A DNA stretch of 32,000 nucleotides, from the NCBI GenBank assembly GCA_030688545.1, contig JAUYHT010000008.1, forward strand, positions 123,888-155,887, given 5' to 3'. The notes under the pieces are model-generated. The model was not told the origin of the DNA. It saw only the letters and a list, made by a program, of their open reading frames with translations, and searched no databases. The stretch comes from Candidatus Iainarchaeum sp. (GTDB lineage Archaea > Iainarchaeota > Iainarchaeia > Iainarchaeales > VGJJ01). The position numbers and the translations under genes were made by a program. Numbering within the stretch: the stretch's first letter is position 1; every line of letters starts with the position of its first letter. Of the stretch, positions 24,536-31,870 are shown piece by piece.

Positions 24536-26470
24536 ATGGGCGAAACCGTTTCCCTGACCCTTCCTGACGGAAAAAAAATAGAGATGGAGAGAGGAACGAC
24601 CGTGCGCCAAGCGGTGGAAAAAATTGGGCCGCGCCTGGCGAAAGACGCGCTCGCCGCATCCCTGAATGGGAAGCTCGTGGACCTATTCAGCGAAGTCATT
24701 ACGGAGGCCGAATTAAAGGTACTCACGTTCTCTTCGCCGGAAGGGAAAGAGGTGTATTGGCATTCCACCTCTCACCTCATGGCGTTCGCCATCGAGGAAT
24801 TATTTCCAACCGCCAAAATTGCCATCGGCCCCGCCATCGAAGAAGGATTCTATTACGACATCGATTTTGAACGGCCATTTACCCCCGAGGATTTGGAAAA
24901 AATAGAAGCCAAAATGCGCGAATTGGCCAAGGCGGATTTTCAAGTAAAACGCATCGAGATGAAACGGGATGACGCCATCCGCTTCTTCGAGAAGAGGAAG
25001 AACCCCTACAAGGTGGAGATCCTCTCGGAATTGGCTGATGAAAAGGTTTCCTTGTACGAGGAAGGGCGATTCATCGACCTCTGCACCGGTCCCCATGTCC
25101 CCTCCACGGGAACGATTGGGGCGGTGAAATTGTTGCGCGTCTCTGGGGCCTATTGGCGAGGGGATGCCAAAAACAAACAATTGCAGCGCGTCTATGGAAT
25201 AAGCTTTCCGACGCAAAAAGAAATGGAAGCCTTTTTGAAGGAACTGGAAGAAAGAGAAAAACGCGACCACCGGCGAATAGGAAAAGAGATGAAGATCTTT
25301 GCCTTCCATGAAGACATTGGGATGGGATTGCCATTATGGCTGCCAAATGGGGAGCAGTTGTTTCATACCCTCCAAGAATTTATGCGGGAAGTGGAGGAAG
25401 AAGCGGGATACCAATATGTGCGCACTCCCCATATCATCAAGGGAAAAATGCTCGAACGCACCGGACACATCCCGTATTACACCGCCTCCATGTACACCCC
25501 CATTGAGATTGAGGGGGAACACTATTACCTCAGACCCATGAACTGCCCCCACCACCACGCCATCTATTCGGAACTGGTGCAGAGCTACAAACAGCTCCCT
25601 CTTCGTTTAGCCGAAGCAGGAACGATATACCGGTATGAATTGAGCGGAACCATGTATGGAATTATCCGCACGCGGGGATTTACCCAGAACGATGCCCACC
25701 TCTACGTGACACCGGAACAGGTGGAAGATGAAGTGATAAACGTACTGCAAATGAATATAGACATTTATGAAAAAATGGGATTGAAAAACTATTGGTTCCA
25801 ATTGTCCCTGCCGGATTTCGAAGGACATCCTGAAAAATATGCGGGTGACAAAAAAAGGTGGGAAATGGCCGCGGAGGCCCTGCGCCGGGCCGGTAAACGG
25901 ATCAAAAAGAATGTAGTGGAAGTGATGGATGAAGCCGCGTTCTATGGTCCCAAAATAGATATACAGACCAAAAATGTTAAAGGGAAGGAAGAGTCCATCG
26001 CCACCGTACAAGTAGACATCATGGTCCCCAAAAGACTTGGGTTAACCTACATCGACGAGCAGGATAAACCTCAAATACCCGTTGTCATCCACCGGGCCAT
26101 CATCGGCAGCTATGAGCGATTCATCGCGTTCCTATTGGAACAGACGATGGGAAAATTTCCCCTATGGCTGGCACCAGTGCAGGTAAAAATTCTCCCCCTG
26201 AGCGAAAAGTTCCGCACCTACGGAGAAAAAGTCTTTTTGGAAATGAAAAAGCGGGGAATTAGGGTAGAACTGGATTCCACGGACGAGACACTCAACTATC
26301 GCATCCGGAATGCGCAACTGGAAAAAGTTCCCTACATGGTGATTGTCGGGGAAAAAGAAGAGAAGGCCCATGCCGTGAGCATCCGAACACGCCAAGGAAA
26401 CCAGGAGAATGGGATTCCTTTCGACACTTTTTTGGCCCGCATCCAAAAAGAAAATGACGAAAAGGAATAA
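24536..26470 (+). CDS. thrS: Threonine--tRNA ligase, full-length bacterial-type (TGS + N2 editing + class II core + anticodon-binding)
   Basis: TGS N-terminus. Editing motifs 'WHSTSHLMAFA' and 'DLCTGPHV'. 'HRRIGKEMKIF', 'YLRPMNCPHH', 'RTRGFTQNDAH' and 'HRAIIGSYERF' are present. The A/T box ATTAAAA (24506..24512) lies 27 nt upstream of the ATG. Confidence 0.95.
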   Translation: MGETVSLTLPDGKKIEMERGTTVRQAVEKIGPRLAKDALAASLNGKLVDLFSEVITEAELKVLTFSSPEGKEVYWHSTSHLMAFAIEELFPTAKIAIGPAIEEGFYYDIDFERPFTPEDLEKIEAKMRELAKADFQVKRIEMKRDDAIRFFEKRKNPYKVEILSELADEKVSLYEEGRFIDLCTGPHVPSTGTIGAVKLLRVSGAYWRGDAKNKQLQRVYGISFPTQKEMEAFLKELEEREKRDHRRIGKEMKIFAFHEDIGMGLPLWLPNGEQLFHTLQEFMREVEEEAGYQYVRTPHIIKGKMLERTGHIPYYTASMYTPIEIEGEHYYLRPMNCPHHHAIYSELVQSYKQLPLRLAEAGTIYRYELSGTMYGIIRTRGFTQNDAHLYVTPEQVEDEVINVLQMNIDIYEKMGLKNYWFQLSLPDFEGHPEKYAGDKKRWEMAAEALRRAGKRIKKNVVEVMDEAAFYGPKIDIQTKNVKGKEESIATVQVDIMVPKRLGLTYIDEQDKPQIPVVIHRAIIGSYERFIAFLLEQTMGKFPLWLAPVQVKILPLSEKFRTYGEKVFLEMKKRGIRVELDSTDETLNYRIRNAQLEKVPYMVIVGEKEEKAHAVSIRTRQGNQENGIPFDTFLARIQKENDEKE

Positions 26471-26484
26471 ATGGCCTAATTATC

Positions 26485-26490
26485 TTTTTT
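26485..26490 (+). terminator. Oligo-T (T6) candidate archaeal terminator after thrS
   Basis: TATCTTTTTTC begins 11 nt after the thrS stop codon. Confidence 0.35.
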
Positions 26491-26588
26491 CACCAGGAAT
26501 AGAACCCGAAACCGGTGACATGAATTTATGGATGAAATAATGGGCACCCTCACTCTCTCTTTTATGGTCGCGTGGGGCTAATATTTGG

Positions 26589-27698
26589 ATGCAACCCCCA
26601 TCCCTTCTCATAGGTTTTTTGATTTTAGGCTCCATCGTTCTAGGAATCATCTTCCTGGGCCAACCTCAACCACTCGCACCCGACCTCGATATTTCAAACA
26701 CCCTCCCTAAAGACAATCAGAATATTGAAACCATCGCGGAAGGACTGACTATTCCCTGGGAGGTGACTTTTTTGCCTAATGGCGAATGGCTCGCGACTGA
26801 AAGACCCGGGAGGCTGTGGCGCAGTGGTGGAGACAACTCACCCATCACTATTGAAGGAGTCCATTACTCCGGGGAAGGAGGATTATTAGGTATGGCCCTC
26901 CATCCGCAATTCCAAACCAACGGGTGGATTTACCTCTATTACACTTCCCAAAACGATGGACTAATTGAAAACCAGGTATCCCGATATGTATTTGATGGCC
27001 AGCAAAATAGGTTGACCAATGCTAAAACGATATTGGGGGGTATCCCGGGATCGGCCAACCACCATGGCGGCCGGATCGCTTTCGGGCCTGATGGATATCT
27101 ATACATCACCACCGGCGACGCGCAACAATCGGAAACGGCGCAGGACATAACCTCGCTCGCCGGAAAAATATTACGGGTGGATGAAAACGGGAACATTCCT
27201 TCTGATAATCCATTCGGAAATCAAGTGTATTCGTTTGGCCACCGCAACCCCCAAGGATTAACATGGGATGCGGAAGGACAGTTATGGTCCACGGAACACG
27301 GGCGCTCCGGACTGGCCTCAGGATTCGACGAGCTCAATCAGATTGAATCAGGGAACAACTATGGATGGCCCGCCATTCAAGGAGATGAAACGGGAGAGGG
27401 GTTTAGAAATCCCATTATCCATTCCGGCGCCACCGACACCTGGGCGCCGGCGGGGATGGCTTTCCACCAAGGAAAGATCTATTTCGCCGGACTACGAGGA
27501 GAAGCGCTATACGAATACGACCTCGTTACTCATGAACTGAAAATCCATTTCAAACACCGGTTTGGAAGGCTACGCGCCGTGGTTGCCCAAGCGGATGCGC
27601 TCTACCTTTCCACGAGCAACCTGGACGGAAGGGGCATTCCCCGGGTCGGGGATGACAGGATCATCCGAATCAACTGGTCCTATTTCAAGGATACGTGA
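26589..27698 (+). CDS. PQQ-dependent sugar (glucose/sorbosone) dehydrogenase family beta-propeller, N-terminally anchored/secreted
   Basis: 'GGLLGMALHPQF', 'NHHGGRIAFGPDGYLYITTGD', 'GHRNPQGLTWD' and 'NYGWP' match the GSDH family. N-terminal hydrophobic segment 'LLIGFLILGSIVLGIIFLG'. The TATA-like CTTTTATG lies about 26 nt upstream. Confidence 0.85.
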   Translation: MQPPSLLIGFLILGSIVLGIIFLGQPQPLAPDLDISNTLPKDNQNIETIAEGLTIPWEVTFLPNGEWLATERPGRLWRSGGDNSPITIEGVHYSGEGGLLGMALHPQFQTNGWIYLYYTSQNDGLIENQVSRYVFDGQQNRLTNAKTILGGIPGSANHHGGRIAFGPDGYLYITTGDAQQSETAQDITSLAGKILRVDENGNIPSDNPFGNQVYSFGHRNPQGLTWDAEGQLWSTEHGRSGLASGFDELNQIESGNNYGWPAIQGDETGEGFRNPIIHSGATDTWAPAGMAFHQGKIYFAGLRGEALYEYDLVTHELKIHFKHRFGRLRAVVAQADALYLSTSNLDGRGIPRVGDDRIIRINWSYFKDT

Positions 27699-27880
27699 AA
27701 TGACTATCTCTCCACTCTAAAATGAATCCAACGAATGGAAAACTTTACCGAATGTCCAATCGCTCGCGAAACAGTGCAAAAACAATCTGAAGGCCAAATA
27801 ATCGGAAATTCGCCATATCAAAAAATAAAATTTCATTAAAATAGGAAAAAACTATCCCGCGAACCAGTTAATTAATCCTA

Positions 27881-28564
27881 TCAACTCTTGTGCAATACCC
27901 ATCTATTCGCATACATGAAAGGGATGTCAACCAATCCCACTAACCATTTCATGGCTATCAAACCAATGAAAATTGGAACTATTGGCTGCAATCCATAAAA
28001 TGCCAATGTGACGAATATCATCGAATCCACTGCCATTGATGGGATGGAACTAAAAACATTCCTCATCCATAATTGTTTTCCCTTCGTAAACTCTTTGAAC
28101 CAAGCGAAAATGTGTGCATCCAAGGATTCACTAATATAGAAAGCGATCCAGCTAGCCACCATAATCCGGGGAGCGAATCCTAAAATAGTCTCAAAAATCT
28201 GTTGATCAGACCAAAAAGGGGCAGGGGGGATGGCAATCGTCAACCAAATAAAAAAAACCATTACAATCTGTGCTACCAGCGCGATCCGAATCATGTTTAA
28301 TGTTTCATTTTTACCAAATCGTTCATTCACGATATCAGTTATGAGAAATGTGACGGCAAAAATCAATGTAGCAGCTGGGGCGATGAACGTGCTAAATCCC
28401 AAATCAAAGGCTGCGATTTTGATAGCCATAATATTGGCCGCAATCACGAAGGCAACGTATAACCCTATCAATGCGTCTGGTTTACCATACTTTCGAGCAT
28501 ACCAGGAACCAAAAAGGGTTACAGAAGAAATGAGGATGATCCAAACAATGATCCACTGGAGCAT
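27881..28564 (-). CDS. yhhQ: Queuosine-precursor (preQ0/preQ1) transporter family protein (YhhQ/Vut_1, DUF165)
   Basis: Multi-TM protein. 'AATLIFAVTFLITDIVNERFGK' and 'SSIPSMAVDSMIFVTLAFYG' match the YhhQ family. The ATG at 28564 (MLQWII) fits the TATA spacing; the track start is 28579. Confidence 0.8.
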   Translation of the reverse strand: MLQWIIVWIILISSVTLFGSWYARKYGKPDALIGLYVAFVIAANIMAIKIAAFDLGFSTFIAPAATLIFAVTFLITDIVNERFGKNETLNMIRIALVAQIVMVFFIWLTIAIPPAPFWSDQQIFETILGFAPRIMVASWIAFYISESLDAHIFAWFKEFTKGKQLWMRNVFSSIPSMAVDSMIFVTLAFYGLQPIVPIFIGLIAMKWLVGLVDIPFMYANRWVLHKS

Positions 28565-28584
28565 GTATATGTACCTCAAAGGAG

Positions 28585-28601
28585 ATATAAAAGCCTTATA
28601 T
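28585..28601. promoter_or_regulatory. Mirrored twin TATA elements (ATATAA aagcc TTATAT) for divergent yhhQ-like and methyltransferase genes
   Basis: 6-bp inverted repeat with a 5-nt spacer. Each arm is about 23-26 nt from the ATG it faces away from (28564 on the minus strand, 28624 on the plus strand). Confidence 0.5.
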
Positions 28602-28623
28602 TCAAGATTTGCCGGATTACCCT

Positions 28624-29310
28624 ATGCAAAGTGCGTATGCCGTGAAAAGCACACTAAAAATATTAAGTGAACTGAAACGAGCAGGAAAGCACCATATTCG
28701 CTATTTGGGAAAAAGACTTGTTGTATATCCACACGTTTTCTCACCAGCATACTTTGGCGATTCATTATTTTTCGCAAAAGAAATTCCAATTCGCAGAGGA
28801 GAAATTATTCTGGATGTAGGAACGGGAACAGGAATATTGGCCATTGCATCCGTGAATAAAAAAGCGAAAAAGGTTGTAGGAGTTGATTTTAATCCTAATG
28901 CAATCATTAACGCAAAAGAAAACATTAAAATCTATGGGATGGAAAAGAAAATTTCCATTTACAAAGGAAATTTGTTCTATCCGTTCCGAAACGAAAAATT
29001 CACCACAATAGTTTGGAATTTCCCTTTCTGTAATACCAAAGCAAAGAGTTATCTCGAAAAATCAGTGTTCGACTATCAATACAAATCCCTTGAACGGTTC
29101 TTGAAGGAAGCCAAAAAGCATTTGAAAAAGAATGGGCGAATCATTCTTGGATTCTCCCCAGACTTGGGGGATGAAAAATTATTGAAGAAAATTATACACA
29201 AAAAAGGATATGGACAAAAATTGATATGTGAAAAGAAATCGACTCAATCGCATGTGCGGGGAGCGCAAAAACGAGTAAGATATCAACTGTTTGAACTGAG
29301 ACCGAATTAA
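28624..29310 (+). CDS. Class I SAM-dependent methyltransferase, MTS/HemK(PrmC)-like with NFPF variant of the NPPY motif
   Basis: 'VYPHVFSP', motif I 'ILDVGTGTGILA', 'VVGVDFNPNAI' and motif IV-like 'IVWNFPF'. The track start at 28609 is a TTG. AT-rich. Confidence 0.8.
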   Translation: MQSAYAVKSTLKILSELKRAGKHHIRYLGKRLVVYPHVFSPAYFGDSLFFAKEIPIRRGEIILDVGTGTGILAIASVNKKAKKVVGVDFNPNAIINAKENIKIYGMEKKISIYKGNLFYPFRNEKFTTIVWNFPFCNTKAKSYLEKSVFDYQYKSLERFLKEAKKHLKKNGRIILGFSPDLGDEKLLKKIIHKKGYGQKLICEKKSTQSHVRGAQKRVRYQLFELRPN

Positions 29311-30414
29311 TTATTTCACCAGAACGACAACCCGCTCGTTCACCTTCCCCACGAAACCGGAGTGGCGCTTGTGACAATCGATGGTGCGCGCGATGATATT
29401 GTCTTCCAGCGTAAAACCTTCTTCCTTGGCGATGTCCATCAATAATTCATCGCTCTTCACCACCCGATCGGGAAAGCAGCCCCCGGCCACATTGACCACG
29501 GCCTTTCCCCCATCCTTGAGGACGCGGTGGAATTGGCGGAAGCATTTCAGCATGTCATGCAAATAGGCATCCGCGATAGGCAAATCACTTTCTCCTTCTC
29601 CCATCGCGACTTGTTCCCCAATGAAGGAACGCAATTGGGTTTTGGATTCATCAAAAAATAATGCTAATTCCAGCTTATAGGCGCTCGCATACTCCACTTT
29701 ATTCAAGTAGGGCGGGGACGTGATAATGGAACCGATGGAATGGGATTCAATATGCTTCAATCGCCGCGCATCGTCATCCAGGATTTTAGGTATGTAACCT
29801 TCCGAGGGGACCTTTTCAAGGTCCTTAATCATGTGTCCTATTTTTTGCACCCAGAATTTTCTCACGGGCATATATCCTTTATTTATGCGGCGGAGGCTGG
29901 CGCCTAATCGTTCAACATTGGCACAGCGCAAGGTTTGGTCAATCAACGCGAGGAGCGCGATGTCATGCAAGGGAGATTTTGTCATCTCTTTCCGAATGTA
30001 CCCTTTAATGAAAAGGAGTTCGCGGAATGTTTGAGGATGAAAACGCTTGGCGACCCAGGAATCCACTCGCCCTTCCCGGGGGAAATCGAATCGTTCTTTT
30101 TTGAGGACGGCATACTCCTCCTGGAGGGAATCCAAATCATATGTTTTGGTTTTGGTCTCAGCTACAAACCGCATGAGAGGAGAGGTATCGCACCCGATGG
30201 AAATTAGACCCATTTCCTTGCACGCCAGAGGAGTGGTTCCCACGCCACAAAATGGATCAAGGATGGGCCCTTGCAGTGAATAGGATGTCACCCCCCACTC
30301 CACGAAAGCCTTGGAGAAACCCTCGCGGTAATGAAACCAGCGGTGAATGGGGATGTTTCGGTTGGGGGAAAAGGTGACCATCTCGGAAAGAGGAATAGAG
30401 AACGGCATACCCAA
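29311..30414 (-). CDS. DNA methyltransferase (amino-MTase, motif I before motif IV; SPPY suggests N4-C or N6-A specificity)
   Basis: 'IHRWFHYREGFS', motif I 'ILDPFCGVGTT', motif IV 'ITSPPY' about 180 aa later, then 'VLKDGGKAVVNV'. Its stop codon directly abuts the stop of the convergent gene (TAA|TTA at 29308..29313). Confidence 0.8.
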   Translation of the reverse strand: MGMPFSIPLSEMVTFSPNRNIPIHRWFHYREGFSKAFVEWGVTSYSLQGPILDPFCGVGTTPLACKEMGLISIGCDTSPLMRFVAETKTKTYDLDSLQEEYAVLKKERFDFPREGRVDSWVAKRFHPQTFRELLFIKGYIRKEMTKSPLHDIALLALIDQTLRCANVERLGASLRRINKGYMPVRKFWVQKIGHMIKDLEKVPSEGYIPKILDDDARRLKHIESHSIGSIITSPPYLNKVEYASAYKLELALFFDESKTQLRSFIGEQVAMGEGESDLPIADAYLHDMLKCFRQFHRVLKDGGKAVVNVAGGCFPDRVVKSDELLMDIAKEEGFTLEDNIIARTIDCHKRHSGFVGKVNERVVVLVK

Positions 30415-30521
30415 CCTTCGAAGGGGGGCTTATAATCTTATTTTACGGGGGAAATGGATAGAGGCGGCTGTCGTATCGAATATGGCGATGGGGTCTCCTA
30501 ACATCAACCGATAACGTGGGT

Positions 30522-30593
30522 GGCCCCGTGGTCTAACGGCTAGGATAGCTCCCTTACACGGAGCGGGCGGCAGTTCGACTCTGCCCGGGGCCA
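30522..30593 (+). tRNA. tRNA-Val (anticodon UAC), no encoded CCA
   Basis: Folded by hand. Acceptor GGCCCCG/CGGGGCC, D arm GTCT/GGAT, anticodon stem GCTCC/GGAGC with loop CTTACAC, T arm GGCAG-TTCGACT-CTGCC, discriminator A. It is followed by TTAA. Confidence 0.9.
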
Positions 30594-30658
30594 TTAAAAG
30601 AGGAATCCGGTGGCACAAAAAGCCTAAGGGTTAAATACCGATTTTCCCTTCGCAACCA

Positions 30659-31387
30659 ATGGCCCACATTTTCAGCGGAAAGGAGAAAAACGATGCCCGG
30701 CTCATCACCTGGGCGCTCGAAACTACACGAAAGGGAAACGTATTGCAGCGACCCGAATTTGTTTATGACGTGCTCACCCATTTCGGGGCTCACATCACCC
30801 TTGACCAGGTCGAAACCATTCATGGCCTAATGACTCACCTTATACAAAATCTATTAGCTATCCATCAAATTAAACCCTCCCAGCCCGATTCGATTCAAGA
30901 AATCGTCACGACAGCCGCCACCCGTATACGTACAAACAAATCCGTCCGAACCCCTCAAAATCCGGTGGCCCAAAAAATGGCGGATTATTACCCCCGCCAC
31001 TCACAGGTAATTCCCCCTTCCAAAGAGCCTATGATCGAGCGGAGGAAAACTCAACTCACTCCCACTGAGAGGGTTGATAAAATGCTCAAGCAATTCATCG
31101 AAAATCCAGTATTGAAACCAGCTGATATCCAATATATATTGCCATCCATCAGACTATTTTCCCAAAAATTGCCGCCTAGAAATAATCTGGATAGGTTAGT
31201 CTTTGATCGAATCATTCAAAATAATTTTGGTCCAGACATCCGAGAAGCCGTGATCCAACGCGAACTAAAGTTGGCCCAAATAAAACGTGAAAGTCGGCAA
31301 GGTATTGATAATTATTATAGACAAATATCAGAAATAGAAAGAAGACGAAAAGAACGAGGCCAACGACCCCCTCGGCCTCACCGCTAA
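30659..31387 (+). CDS. Hypothetical protein with basic C-terminal tail (AT-rich)
   Basis: 242-aa ORF. The TATA-like TTAAATA (30631..30637) lies 25 nt upstream of the ATG. C-terminal 'GIDNYYRQISEIERRRKERGQRPPRPHR'. No domain recognised. Confidence 0.6.
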   Translation: MAHIFSGKEKNDARLITWALETTRKGNVLQRPEFVYDVLTHFGAHITLDQVETIHGLMTHLIQNLLAIHQIKPSQPDSIQEIVTTAATRIRTNKSVRTPQNPVAQKMADYYPRHSQVIPPSKEPMIERRKTQLTPTERVDKMLKQFIENPVLKPADIQYILPSIRLFSQKLPPRNNLDRLVFDRIIQNNFGPDIREAVIQRELKLAQIKRESRQGIDNYYRQISEIERRRKERGQRPPRPHR

Positions 31388-31413
31388 TAAAGGCAAGTAT
31401 CTCATTTTCTTCC

Positions 31414-31629
31414 ATGGAAGATCTCCATTCCAAGAAGAAAGAGAAACCCGTTACCATCGAGGTGCTCATGGAAGGGCCGGGGGGCGAGCTCTATTTCCAA
31501 CCCGTGGAAGCCACTCCCGATCACCTGGAGGACTTGATTAAAGCCACCACCAACAGCATGATCAAGCACAACCTGGCGAAGCAGCTAGAACGGCTGAGGA
31601 AAGACCATGGGGAAGAGGACACCCATTAA
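31414..31629 (+). CDS. Hypothetical small acidic protein (71 aa)
   Basis: ORF with CTAATAAA centred 26.5 nt upstream of the ATG. No motif recognised. Confidence 0.4.
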   Translation: MEDLHSKKKEKPVTIEVLMEGPGGELYFQPVEATPDHLEDLIKATTNSMIKHNLAKQLERLRKDHGEEDTH

Positions 31630-31658
31630 AAATCATCCTCAAGGGATTTTAGTAGAAG

Positions 31659-31730
31659 GCGAGAGTGGGCCAATGGTTAAGCTTCGGCCTTGCCAAGGCC
31701 GAGATCCGGGTTCAATTCCCGGCTCTCGCA
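31659..31730 (+). tRNA. tRNA-Gly (anticodon GCC), no encoded CCA
   Basis: Folded by hand. Acceptor GCGAGAG/CTCTCGC, anticodon stem CGGCC/GGCCG with loop TTGCCAA, T arm CCGGG-TTCAATT-CCCGG, discriminator A. The A/T box TTAAAAAT lies about 28 nt upstream. Confidence 0.9.
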
Positions 31731-31799
31731 TATTCCAATAATCCCATGAAAGAAAAAATGCGCAACAAATCATTCGGAATGAAAAAAGTATAGAAAAAA

Positions 31800-31870
31800 G
31801 CAGCGATAGTCTAGTGGTATGATAGGAGCTTCCCAAGCTTCTGGTCCGGGTTCGATTCCCGGTCGCTGCA
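31800..31870 (+). tRNA. tRNA-Gly (anticodon CCC), no encoded CCA
   Basis: Folded by hand. Acceptor GCAGCGA/TCGCTGC, anticodon stem GGAGC/GCTTC with loop TTCCCAA, T arm CCGGG-TTCGATT-CCCGG, discriminator A. Confidence 0.9.

Noticed and set aside
27699-27880. Possible C/D-box sRNA in the 182-nt spacer (ATGAATC ... CTGA about 66 nt apart).
   Set aside because: The C box deviates from RUGAUGA, no internal D'/C' boxes are present, and the length exceeds typical archaeal C/D sRNAs.
29311-31400. An integrated element targeting tRNA-Val (methylase on one side, AT-rich ORFs on the other).
   Set aside because: There is no integrase, and I could detect no duplicated tRNA 3' segment in the window. I kept it only as a low-interest note within the tRNA-cluster finding.
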